A DNA stretch of 64,000 nt, taken from NCBI GenBank assembly GCA_001792535.1, contig MGGS01000018.1, positions 3,432 to 67,431 on the forward strand. Reading direction: 5' to 3'. Under the pieces are notes generated by a model. It was not told where the DNA came from, did no database searches, and worked only from the letters and a program-made list of their open reading frames with translations. The translations under genes were made by a program, and so were the position numbers. Shown piece by piece: positions 28,845 through 40,744 of this stretch. The stretch comes from Candidatus Woesebacteria bacterium RIFCSPHIGHO2_02_FULL_42_20. Its GTDB lineage: Bacteria; Patescibacteriota; Microgenomatia; UBA8517. Each line of letters starts with the position of its first letter. The stretch's first letter is position 1.

Positions 28845-29963
28845 ATGGATATAAAAATCTCCAAAGTCATCTATAACACCATCATCTTCCTGATACTCGC
28901 CGCATCGGGCTTTTTGCTTTTTGTTTACTTCGGCAAATTTGATTTTGCCAGCGCTTACATTGTCACCTCGGGATCAATGGCGCCGGCGATTGATACCGGC
29001 AGTATAGTTTTTTCGGTCAAAAGCGACACTTATAAGCCAGGAGATATTATTACATTCACTAACGGCGACAATAAAACCCACATTACTCACCGTATTATTT
29101 ATAAAGATTACCAAAATAACAACTTCATAACTTCAGGCGACGCCAATGAAGACTTGGATCGCTGGACTGTCACCTCCGAAAACGTCAAAGGCAAGGTTTT
29201 ATTCACCATTCCCTACGCGGGGTACCTTGCCAACTTTGCCAAAGAGCCATACGGCTTTATTCTCTTTATCATCGTCCCGGCGACGATAATAATCTACGAG
29301 GAACTTAAACAATTAATCAGTGAATCAATAAAATCAGTAAAGTCATTATTAAGAAAAAAGAGAAGAATATTAACTAATAAGATAAACCTGCTTCCGCAAA
29401 AAAATAATTTCGCTTTGCCCAAAATCGCCATCGCTATCCCGCTTGTGGGCAGCTTCATAGTTTTCGCCTCGCTTTCGGGGTCTTTTTTCTCGGACATTGA
29501 AAACAGCATTGAAAATGTCTTGTCTGCAGCCACTAATTTTGCGACTGCCGGGCCAACGCCCACACCCGCGCCGACAGCGCAAAACCCGATAATCAACGAG
29601 CTCCTACCAAACCCAGATCCGCCATCTGATCCTGAATGGATTGAGCTTTACAATCCAAACAATGCAGGATTTGATCTTACAGGTTGGAATTTGGTCGATG
29701 CCGCCAACAGTTCGCGCCCTCTGCCTTCGCAAATAATTCCGCCGCTTTCATACTTTGTTTATGAAACTCCCGAAGGTTGGTTAAACAATTCATCACCGGG
29801 AGACACTATAACCTTAATTGACCCACTTTCTAACCCCGTCGATCAGTACACATATACAACTGATGTTGCCGACAACAGATCGTTTGCAAGAATACCGGAC
29901 ACCAGCGGAGGCTTTGTACTTTGTCAGATTCCAACCAAAGGCTTGACAAACATCTGTCCATGA
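28845..29963 (+). CDS. SipW-type signal peptidase fused to a SipW-class signal and a lamin-tail domain
   Basis: VTSGSMAP, ITHRI, SGDAN..D; internal SGSFFSDIENSIENVLSAA; INELLPNP...EWIELYN. Confidence 0.85.
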   Translation: MDIKISKVIYNTIIFLILAASGFLLFVYFGKFDFASAYIVTSGSMAPAIDTGSIVFSVKSDTYKPGDIITFTNGDNKTHITHRIIYKDYQNNNFITSGDANEDLDRWTVTSENVKGKVLFTIPYAGYLANFAKEPYGFILFIIVPATIIIYEELKQLISESIKSVKSLLRKKRRILTNKINLLPQKNNFALPKIAIAIPLVGSFIVFASLSGSFFSDIENSIENVLSAATNFATAGPTPTPAPTAQNPIINELLPNPDPPSDPEWIELYNPNNAGFDLTGWNLVDAANSSRPLPSQIIPPLSYFVYETPEGWLNNSSPGDTITLIDPLSNPVDQYTYTTDVADNRSFARIPDTSGGFVLCQIPTKGLTNICP

Positions 29964-30955
29964 AAAAAATAAACTTTAAATTAATTTCGACTCTGGTCGG
30001 TGTTGTCATTGTCGCTGCCTTAGCCGGCTACGCCGCTCGGGAGCAGCCGACAACGACGCGCGCTTTCGGCAATTTAGTCGTCACTTTTGAAAGTGACCCA
30101 TTATTTGACTTTGATGACTTTAAGCCCGGCGACTGCACCCAGAAAAGCATTACCGTTACAAATAACCGTGATGAAGAGGTAAGGGTAGCGACAAAGTCTG
30201 CGAATGAGGCGAGTGTTGGAGACTTTGATTTGGCTACACAACTTGATTTCGTAATCAGCGAAAACGGCGTGGCACTTTACGGCGACGCAAGCTCCACGGG
30301 GCCAAAGACTTTAGAGGATTTTTACACAGACAGCGACATTATTGACGGCATAATGCTGACGGATGTCGCAGGCGGCGGAGCCCAAACTGTTTACAAAATA
30401 AGAATTTGCTTTGATATAAATTCCGGCAATGATTATCAGGAAACCAAGACCGTTTTTGATTTAGTTTTTGGCGAAATTTTGGTCCCCGTTAAACTTCCCC
30501 CGGAGTGCCGCCACCTGGAAGGCATTGTCACCGAAAAGATAGAAGGAACAGAAGGTAATGACAACATTCACGGAACAATCGCAAGCGAACTCATAACAGG
30601 TCTGGGGGGTAATGACCGTATTGATCCTTCCAGTGGCCACGACTGCATAGTAGCAGGAGAGGGAAACGACCACGTGGACAGCTCTACAGGCAACGAAGTA
30701 ATACTTGGCGGCGCGGGGAACGACAAGCTTCAAGGAGGAACAGGCAACGACATAATTTATGGCGGAGAAGGAAATGACAATATCGATTTGGGCAGCGGAT
30801 CTGACACGGCATATGGTGAAGCCGGCAATGACCATATTACGGGTGGAAGCGGTGACGATTACCTAGACGGCGGAAGCGACACGGATTCGCTCTTCGGCGG
30901 TTCGGGAACAGATACCTGTGTTTCCGGCGAGAACCTAAACAGTTGTGAGATTTAA
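29960..30955 (+). CDS. TasA-like domain plus RTX/hemolysin-type Ca-binding repeats
   Basis: DFKPGDC.QK.ITVTN, NDYQ; about 10 GGxGND-type nonapeptides. Confidence 0.8.
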   Translation: MKKINFKLISTLVGVVIVAALAGYAAREQPTTTRAFGNLVVTFESDPLFDFDDFKPGDCTQKSITVTNNRDEEVRVATKSANEASVGDFDLATQLDFVISENGVALYGDASSTGPKTLEDFYTDSDIIDGIMLTDVAGGGAQTVYKIRICFDINSGNDYQETKTVFDLVFGEILVPVKLPPECRHLEGIVTEKIEGTEGNDNIHGTIASELITGLGGNDRIDPSSGHDCIVAGEGNDHVDSSTGNEVILGGAGNDKLQGGTGNDIIYGGEGNDNIDLGSGSDTAYGEAGNDHITGGSGDDYLDGGSDTDSLFGGSGTDTCVSGENLNSCEI

Positions 30956-30962
30956 ACTTAGA

Positions 30963-31001
30963 TTGACAAAATCCATCCGTTTGTACTAACGTACTAGTAC
31001 A
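30963..31001 (+). promoter_or_regulatory. Promoter with trp-operator-like site
   Basis: TTGACA at 30963; TGTACTAACGTACTAGTACA immediately before the GTG start. Confidence 0.6.
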
Positions 31002-31478
31002 GTGATACGTAATCAAAAACAATACTTGGGACTTACTTTCGATCTGATTAATGCTTTCAGTCTGGTCAAAAATCCTCATGATACTGCACTACTTATGCAA
31101 AATTTACTTACAGAATCCGAGATTCGTAACCTTGCCCAAAGGCTGCGTATAGCCAAGTTAATACTGTCTGGAGAAAAGCATAGAGATATCGCAAATAAAA
31201 CCCAATGCAGTATAGCTACTGTCACAAAAGTTAGTATCTGGTTAAAAACCGCCGGAGAAGGACTGGATAAAATTATTGACAAACTTCCCGAAAAATACGG
31301 GTATCCAAAAGATCTTCCGAAAGTTCCGCTTGAATTTCAGTTGCCAAAATTGATCGCTGCCGGTTTTCAATATAGCGCGGCGAAGTTACAAGAAAAGCCC
31401 TCCAAGAAACTATATGAAAATATGCAGACTAAAAGAATCATTGACAAAAATTTAAAAGAATCCTATAAACTCCACTAA
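31002..31478 (+). CDS. TrpR-like (YerC/YecD) repressor
   Basis: LLTESE...AQRLRIAKLI..G..HRDIA....SIATVTKVS. Confidence 0.88.
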   Translation: MIRNQKQYLGLTFDLINAFSLVKNPHDTALLMQNLLTESEIRNLAQRLRIAKLILSGEKHRDIANKTQCSIATVTKVSIWLKTAGEGLDKIIDKLPEKYGYPKDLPKVPLEFQLPKLIAAGFQYSAAKLQEKPSKKLYENMQTKRIIDKNLKESYKLH

Positions 31479-31583
31479 CTTGAGTTTGCAACTCTTCGTT
31501 AGTGATTTTGATCCCCCAAAATGTCATTTTTGATGCAAACTAAAGTAGTTTAGGTATAAAATCAGCTTCAGAAAATAATTTCT

Positions 31584-31611
31584 TGTATTAACGTACTAGT
31601 ACGTTAATACA
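31584..31611. repeat. Perfect 28-bp palindrome
   Basis: TGTATTAACGTACTAGTACGTTAATACA is its own reverse complement. Confidence 0.95.
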
Positions 31612-31669
31612 GGTATTTGAAGACTTATCTGATTACCGCCGTCATATTGTACGGGCAGTTATTGACATA

Positions 31670-33094
31670 TTAATTGCCTCCCGGCGCACCAAAAGGCAGA
31701 TTCATATAGTCGTCCCATCCCCCGGAATTGGTAGTCCTGTCCATTAGACGTGCTCCACTACCGTCACGATCAACGGCAGCAACTGTCTGCCTTATCGAGT
31801 CCGGCCCGCAATCTGTTCTCATCCCCATTGTATCCGTACAAAACGAAGTCTCCCGGCCTGAATTTCTCCAGCTCCAATCCGGCTCATGAATAGTCCTCAC
31901 GTCCCCCGTCCAGAAAGCACTTAGGTCACCAAACGGCGCATTACACGGATTTGTACTTAGGAAACAGAACTCCCCAGAAGTGCTCACCAACTGCACAGAG
32001 TCAGGGCAACCTGCGCTTGCCGATCCGTCGCTAACACACAAAGACGCGTCACCGTGAATATGATTCATAGGATTGGTAACCGCAAATGTGGCCGCCCCCG
32101 AATTCCAAACACCGCCGACATTGACCTGAAAAGGCCAAAGTTCATAAGCAGCGTCCTGGTGATCCACTATTACCCTTGCAGGTTCACTCCCGCCGCGGCC
32201 TGTTCCCTTACTTATCACGTTTCCGGTATCCGCCAACGCATAAATATGGGTATCGGCCGACCAAAACTCGAAACTGTGCATCCTCAAAAACAACCTTCCG
32301 CGGCCGCTAGTTCCTTGGTGAACCGCAACAAAATACGTATCGTTTATACCCGGTCCATAATCAAGTTCGCTTTTGCCAAAACCGTTCAGATTGCCTGCAT
32401 AGTGCGTAAAGACTTTAAAACCGGAGTGTGCTTTTAATTCGTCAAACATACCCGCAACTTTGGCGGCGTAACCAAATGGAGGCAGCGGAGCAGTAGGAGA
32501 GAGTGAAACACTTGGTCCACCCGTAGCTCCCGGCGGTGCGTCGCCGTGTTCATGATTGAAAGCACATTTGGCCCCGCCGGGGTTGGTGGAGTCAATGGGT
32601 ACAACAATAGGGTGCCATGTGCGGTACTTAAGGCCATCCGGCCCGCTGACAAAAAACCTGTCGTGCTCGGTTGCGGTACAACCCTTTACAGATTGGCCGC
32701 GGTAAGGCCCATAACTTAGAGTGGCAGTCTTTGCCGGGTCGCCGATGACCAAAGCCGAAATTTCAGGAAAAGTATCACTATTGCTCGCAGAAGTCCCGCC
32801 TGCGGGCGCGGGTAAAGGAGTAGCAGTCGGGCTAGAAGTCGAAACTGGAGTGGCTGTTGCCCGGGGCGTTGGTGTTCCCGTACAGGTTACTTTTAGTTGC
32901 CTCCTGGCGCGACCATCAAGCCATTGGGCTCCGATTCTACCCGTAACACACGTTACTGTTCCAGACTCACCTGGACCCAGCGCAAAAAGCTTGGCAATAC
33001 TCTGAGCGCTGGTATTTAAAACTTTAGTTGAAAAGAGGTAGCTGATTAACCCTAAGACTAGCGAAGAAAAAAGAAGCGCTGAAAGGCGAAACAT
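31670..33094 (-). CDS. Secreted His/Cys-rich hypothetical protein
   Basis: Signal/TM, Pro/Thr linker, WHP, HEHG, NHIHG motifs. Confidence 0.75.
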   Translation of the reverse strand: MFRLSALLFSSLVLGLISYLFSTKVLNTSAQSIAKLFALGPGESGTVTCVTGRIGAQWLDGRARRQLKVTCTGTPTPRATATPVSTSSPTATPLPAPAGGTSASNSDTFPEISALVIGDPAKTATLSYGPYRGQSVKGCTATEHDRFFVSGPDGLKYRTWHPIVVPIDSTNPGGAKCAFNHEHGDAPPGATGGPSVSLSPTAPLPPFGYAAKVAGMFDELKAHSGFKVFTHYAGNLNGFGKSELDYGPGINDTYFVAVHQGTSGRGRLFLRMHSFEFWSADTHIYALADTGNVISKGTGRGGSEPARVIVDHQDAAYELWPFQVNVGGVWNSGAATFAVTNPMNHIHGDASLCVSDGSASAGCPDSVQLVSTSGEFCFLSTNPCNAPFGDLSAFWTGDVRTIHEPDWSWRNSGRETSFCTDTMGMRTDCGPDSIRQTVAAVDRDGSGARLMDRTTNSGGWDDYMNLPFGAPGGN

Positions 33095-33140
33095 AAAAAG
33101 GATGTTACCTAAAACACTCTCGCTTGGCAACAGGCAAATC

Positions 33141-33602
33141 CTAATTTTCAACTACCAATGTCCCTGTCATTGAAGGATGCGGTGTGCAGTGGTAAGCGTA
33201 TTCGCTCTCGGCACTTGGTGCCGTAAATATGACCGACTCGCCTTTGTTTAGCAGTTTGGTGCCAAACGAACTGCCATCATTTGCCGTCATTGTGTGCGCC
33301 GCCGTGTCCCGATTAACTACAGTCACTTTTGCCCCGGGTTTAACCTTAAAAGTTTTGGGCGAAAACGCAAAGTTTTTTATTTCAATTGTAATTTCATCAA
33401 CAGCCCCCTGTGAACTTAGATCACTTTCTTTCAGAGTTTCTGTGTTATCTATTGCTATTTTATCTTCTTCCAAACGAGGACCTTCATTAAAGGGAAAATT
33501 TACCGGTGTAGGTACCGGAGTCACATTACCGCCCCGGACTACGACAAACCCAATTACTACTACAATGACTACCACAACACTCAGCAAAAAACCTTTATTC
33601 AT
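33141..33602 (-). CDS. Membrane-anchored cupredoxin (plastocyanin-like)
   Basis: FAFSP, AHT, YHCTPHPSMTG type-1 copper motif. Confidence 0.9.
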   Translation of the reverse strand: MNKGFLLSVVVVIVVVIGFVVVRGGNVTPVPTPVNFPFNEGPRLEEDKIAIDNTETLKESDLSSQGAVDEITIEIKNFAFSPKTFKVKPGAKVTVVNRDTAAHTMTANDGSSFGTKLLNKGESVIFTAPSAESEYAYHCTPHPSMTGTLVVEN

Positions 33603-33652
33603 AGGCCAAATTAAATCTACGCTTTTTTGTTTAAAAAAGCAATTGAGACTGC

Positions 33653-34117
33653 TTACTTTTTCAACCCTTGTTCCGTGTATTTTTGAAGGAATTTTCTATA
33701 GAGGTCGTTTGTGGTCACAATGCCCACCAGTTTGCCACCTTCACCCACCACGGGGAGCCTTCTCACATTGTGGATCAGTAACATCGAGCAAGCTTTTAGC
33801 ACGTGATCTTCGGGGGCAACGGTATAAACCTTCTTTGTCATCAGCTGACTTGCACTTAGTCTGTTTATTTTTTTTGCTTCCGTTTCTATTACATCCAAAC
33901 TCAGGTAATAATCAATGTCGCGATAAAATTCTTTAATCGAAGGGAAAAGGTGGATAAGTAAGTCTTTCTCGGAAATCACGCCGACCAGCCGCTTTTTTGA
34001 ATTTACCACAGGGACGCCGGATATTTTGTTTTTGATAAGAACTCGGAGGACTTTACGGAAACCGTCTTTACTGTTAACGGTATAGATCCGCTTGACCATC
34101 ACCTCTTTGACCAGCAT
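33653..34117 (-). CDS. CBS-pair protein
   Basis: ISGVPVV...VGVISEKD; VRRLPVV...VGIVTTND. Confidence 0.9.
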   Translation of the reverse strand: MLVKEVMVKRIYTVNSKDGFRKVLRVLIKNKISGVPVVNSKKRLVGVISEKDLLIHLFPSIKEFYRDIDYYLSLDVIETEAKKINRLSASQLMTKKVYTVAPEDHVLKACSMLLIHNVRRLPVVGEGGKLVGIVTTNDLYRKFLQKYTEQGLKK

Positions 34118-34153
34118 CCTATAAACCTATTGTAACACAGGAAGTAAAGCAGC

Positions 34154-35940
<1,787 letters not shown>

Positions 35941-36789
35941 TTAACTCATTACCTCCATTGCCCGCGTAACGTCGGCGATTTCGTCCGTTATTGCCTGCTG
36001 CCTAACTTCGTTATAGACAAGCGTGAGTGCCTGTGAAAGATTCTGGGCGTTCTCAGACGCGCTTTTCATTGCCAACATCCGGGCCGAATGCTCGGATGCC
36101 TCGGATTCCAGAAACGCTTCCCTAAGCTGCACTTCCAAATAAAAGGGTAACATTGTCTCTAAAACCTGCTTGGCTCCAGGCTCAAAGAGGTAGACCAACG
36201 ACCCGGCATATTGGCTTGCCACATTATCGCGGGATACGGGCAGAAGTTTTTTTAGAGTTGGTTTTTGCATCAAGGCATTTATAAAGTCGGAATAGATAAC
36301 ATAGACTTCGCAAACAGTGTCTTTCCGGAATTCATCCAAGACCAGTGAAATAACTGCAGAGAGGCAAGCTTCTTTAGTCAAATCCGAAAAATCAGCCAAG
36401 AGCTGGCCGTTAAGTATAGCGAAGGATCGGGACTTTTTGCCAACCGTGATAAACAGTCTCTCCTCTTTGGCCGTATCATTCGTATCCGCCAAAACCTTCC
36501 TGAAAAGGTTGGTATTCAAGCTTCCGCAAAGGCCCCTATTCGTCGATACCAAAACATAGAGCTTCTTTTTACCTTTGCCTCTTTCAAAAAGATCAATTTT
36601 TTCCCCCTCGGCTTTTCCTGACAATTGACTGACCAATTCGTAAACTTTCATCGCGTAGGGCTTGCCCGCTTTAGCCTTGCTTTGGGAAGAGCGGACTTTA
36701 GACGCAGAAACCATTTCCAAAGCCTTGGTAATTTTTCTGATATTTTTAACCGACTGTATTCTTTTTCTTATTAACCTTGGGTTTTCCAT
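35941..36789 (-). CDS. atpG: ATP synthase gamma
   Basis: [23 protein letters not shown]. Confidence 0.97.
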   Translation of the reverse strand: MENPRLIRKRIQSVKNIRKITKALEMVSASKVRSSQSKAKAGKPYAMKVYELVSQLSGKAEGEKIDLFERGKGKKKLYVLVSTNRGLCGSLNTNLFRKVLADTNDTAKEERLFITVGKKSRSFAILNGQLLADFSDLTKEACLSAVISLVLDEFRKDTVCEVYVIYSDFINALMQKPTLKKLLPVSRDNVASQYAGSLVYLFEPGAKQVLETMLPFYLEVQLREAFLESEASEHSARMLAMKSASENAQNLSQALTLVYNEVRQQAITDEIADVTRAMEVMS

Positions 36790-38225
36790 ATTTTTTCTTT
36801 AAATTCGGCAATTGCCTCATCCAAATCTTTTTTAGTTCCGTCGCTAAACTCCCCGGAGTCGGCAATGTCACGCACTATCTTGGATTTCCTGTCGGTAATA
36901 AACTGCATGAACGACTCTTGAAACACAATGATTTTATCTATAGCGATGTCGTCCAAACTGCCGCTTGTGACCGTGTACAAAATGACAACCTGGTGTTCCA
37001 CCGGGATCGGCGCATATTGAGGCTGTTTTAAAATTTCAATTATTCTTTTCCCCCGCTCTATCTTTTCCCGGGTGGAAGGGTCCAGGTCCGACGAGAATTG
37101 CGCAAACGTGGCAAGTTCATAATATTGAGAAAGGTCAAGCCTAAGTTTACCGGCAACTTTCTTCATGGCTGATCTTTGAGCAGCCCCGCCGACCCTGGAC
37201 ACGGAAAGGCCCACATTCAAAGCCGGCCGTACACCCGCAAAGAAAAGGTCATTTTCAAGGTAAATCTGCCCGTCCGTTATCGAAATTACATTTGTGGGAA
37301 TAAATGCAGACACATCTCCGGATTGTGTTTCGATAATTGGAAGCGCCGTCAAAGAGCCGCCGCCCAAAGCCTTTGAAAGTTTGCAAGACCGCTCAAGTAA
37401 GCGGCTGTGAAGGTAAAAAACGTCTCCCGGATATGCCTCACGGCCTGTGGGGCGCCGGAGCAGCAACGACAACTCACGATAAGCCCAAGCGTGCTTTGTC
37501 AAATCGTCATACACCACAAGAACATCATTGCCTTTTTCCATGAAAAATTCCCCCATTGCAGTACCCACATAAGGAGCCAGATAGCGTAGTGAAGCGGGGT
37601 CTGAAGCCGAAGCCAAAACAACAATCGTATTTTTGAGGACTCCAAATTCGTCTAACTTTTCAATGACCGACGCGACTTTTGACCGCTTCTGACCAATTGC
37701 TACATACAGGCAAATTACCCCCGTGGCCTTCTGATTGATTATTGTGTCAATGGCAATTGCAGTTTTACCCACTCCCCGGTCACCAATAATCAGCTCCCTT
37801 TGCCCCCGGCCAATTGGAATCATTGCATCAACGGCTTTTATGCCTGTCTGCAGTGGTGTCGAAACTTTTGACCTGTCCACTATCCCGGCAGCAACCCTTT
37901 CAACAGCCATATATTTTTCAGGTTTGATATCAGCCTTGCCGTCCAACGGGTTGCCGAGAGCGTCGACCACCCTCCCAAGGAAATCTTTACCCGAAGGCAC
38001 AGCATAAAGCTTTCCGGTAGTTGTAACTTTGTCGCCAACATTCAAGGTCGCCCAGTCTCCCAAGATGACAGCCCCTACCCTGCTTTCCTCCAGGTGCATC
38101 GCTAGCCCCACCAGCCCGTTTTCAAACTTCAAAACCTCGCCGTACATGGCGGTTTCGAGCCCGTCCAAAAACGCCACTCCGTCTTTTAGAGAAATTATTT
38201 TCCCTTCGCTTTTTATTTCGACCAT
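36771..38225 (-). CDS. atpA: ATP synthase alpha (short N-terminus)
   Basis: [31 protein letters not shown]. Confidence 0.99.
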   Translation of the reverse strand: MVEIKSEGKIISLKDGVAFLDGLETAMYGEVLKFENGLVGLAMHLEESRVGAVILGDWATLNVGDKVTTTGKLYAVPSGKDFLGRVVDALGNPLDGKADIKPEKYMAVERVAAGIVDRSKVSTPLQTGIKAVDAMIPIGRGQRELIIGDRGVGKTAIAIDTIINQKATGVICLYVAIGQKRSKVASVIEKLDEFGVLKNTIVVLASASDPASLRYLAPYVGTAMGEFFMEKGNDVLVVYDDLTKHAWAYRELSLLLRRPTGREAYPGDVFYLHSRLLERSCKLSKALGGGSLTALPIIETQSGDVSAFIPTNVISITDGQIYLENDLFFAGVRPALNVGLSVSRVGGAAQRSAMKKVAGKLRLDLSQYYELATFAQFSSDLDPSTREKIERGKRIIEILKQPQYAPIPVEHQVVILYTVTSGSLDDIAIDKIIVFQESFMQFITDRKSKIVRDIADSGEFSDGTKKDLDEAIAEFKEKIWKTQG

Positions 38226-38452
38226 ATTTCCTTTTCTATTTTGCCCGACAAGCTCAAGTCCAAGACTATAGAGCCGACTTTGGCCTTAAAACCTCCCAGT
38301 ATCGCCGAGTCCGTCTCCTGGACAAAGGAGGCCTTGCCGGAAACTAAAGACTTGCTTACAAGAAAATCTCCTATTTTTTTTGCCAAAGCACCAAAGTCCC
38401 CATCCCTTAATTTAAGGGGAGTAACTACTATAACCTTTGTTATTTTGTCCAT
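38213..38452 (-). CDS. atpH: ATP synthase delta, C-terminal domain only
   Basis: [20 protein letters not shown]; lies between atpF and atpA; 79 aa. Confidence 0.85.
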   Translation of the reverse strand: MDKITKVIVVTPLKLRDGDFGALAKKIGDFLVSKSLVSGKASFVQETDSAILGGFKAKVGSIVLDLSLSGKIEKEIWSK

Positions 38453-38453
38453 C

Positions 38454-38942
38454 TTAAGATTTAAGCTCTTTTGCCACCAAGGCTATACTTTTAAGTCGTG
38501 TTTTATCGTCCAATACGCGAGCGAGCACGTGATTAATAACTTCTTGGCTAAGTTTTTTCGAACTTTCTTTGACTTTCCGTTCCACTAATTTTGCCTGACG
38601 GTCTAACTCTCCTTGGCCTTTGGCAATTAGTGCTCTTGCCTTTTTATTACCCTCCTCGGTGGCTTCGTTTTTAATTTTTTGAGCCTCAAGTCTGGCGGCA
38701 TTTACTATGTTATTTGCGTCAGACCTTGCGGCTTTGAGTACTTTCTCTTTTGTGCTTTCAAACACTTCCTGTTTACGGGCCAATTCACCCATTGCGGTTT
38801 CGACACCGGCAAGTTTTTCCTCACGGGACTTCATGGCCTTCAATATGGGCTTGTAGAGAACTTTTTTAAGAATGACAAACAAAATAATAAAGTTAATTAT
38901 CTGCACTCCAAGCAAAAAAGGATCAATACCTAATTTTTCCAT
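38454..38942 (-). CDS. atpF: ATP synthase b
   Basis: QIINFIILF..LKK.LYKPI plus coiled coil. Confidence 0.95.
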   Translation of the reverse strand: MEKLGIDPFLLGVQIINFIILFVILKKVLYKPILKAMKSREEKLAGVETAMGELARKQEVFESTKEKVLKAARSDANNIVNAARLEAQKIKNEATEEGNKKARALIAKGQGELDRQAKLVERKVKESSKKLSQEVINHVLARVLDDKTRLKSIALVAKELKS

Positions 38943-38953
38943 AGTAGTTTAAA

Positions 38954-39916
<963 letters not shown>

Positions 39917-39920
<4 letters not shown>

Positions 39921-40147
39921 TTTTTGGTTAATACTTTGCCTGCAATTTTAATAGCCCTTATGAAACCTACCACCACACCAAGTACTATACCGACGAGGGT
40001 GAAAGCGGGGCCTGTATCAAGTTTGCTATCCAAAATGACGCCTGACAAGAGAAATATTATAGGGAAAAACACAAGAGACACGCTAATGGACGAGGCTTCG
40101 TTAAGCAATTTGAAAGTGTTTTTAAAATCAGCTTTGTTTTTTTGCAT
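39917..40147 (-). CDS. AtpZ/AtpI-like protein
   Basis: Two TMs, G..LDSKL.T.P motif; first gene of the atp operon. Confidence 0.8.
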
Positions 40148-40227
40148 ATCCTCGTACAAAAAAAATCGGCAATCTATGCCGATTGCAACTAATTGTAGCC
40201 TCGAGGCTCTTTCAAGTCAACACGAAT

Positions 40228-40590
40228 TTAAACAACTTTTTCAAATTTTCCATCTAAATGCAGATAATATAAATATACCGAAAGATCGGGATACTTTGCT
40301 AATACAACTGACCTTGCTTTAACTAAATCCTGACTGTGCCTTTGGGGCGTACTCTCCTTGCCGTATGCTCCACAATCCTCATGGTGAATTAAATAAGCTT
40401 CCTTAATCTGATGCAGCCTGACCGAGACAGCTATCTGTTTTAAAACAGTCGCCAAATCTTTTGTCGCGCCGGCAAAGCCGACTAAATCAAAAGTCTTTCC
40501 GACAAGTCTCTCGTTGGTAAACTCGCGGATAAATTTTTGAAATCGAAAGTCAATACAACAAACAACCAAGGCGTCACACGTATGAATCAT
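40228..40590 (-). CDS. Beta-carbonic anhydrase-like protein
   Basis: CIDFR (CxDxR) and HEDCGAY (HxxC) zinc motifs. Confidence 0.85.
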   Translation of the reverse strand: MIHTCDALVVCCIDFRFQKFIREFTNERLVGKTFDLVGFAGATKDLATVLKQIAVSVRLHQIKEAYLIHHEDCGAYGKESTPQRHSQDLVKARSVVLAKYPDLSVYLYYLHLDGKFEKVV

Positions 40591-40744
40591 ATTCACAATT
40601 ATATTCCAAAACTCTAACAAAATCCTGACTAAAGGCGGGTATACAAAGGCCTCGTGGCCCAGTTGCTTTTAATAATTTCCGGATCGTCCAAACCAAGGTG
40701 TAAGGACACACCCAGGCCGGATGAATTCACAACTTTCTGATATC

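Noticed and set aside
30540-30955. RTX toxin or type I secretion substrate
   Set aside because: Only Ca-binding nonapeptides on a protein with an N-terminal signal; no toxin domain or T1SS genes in the window.
33229-33936. 235-aa plus-strand ORF and other antisense ORFs over the atp, repeat-protein and galE genes
   Set aside because: Shadow frames of well-supported opposite-strand genes.
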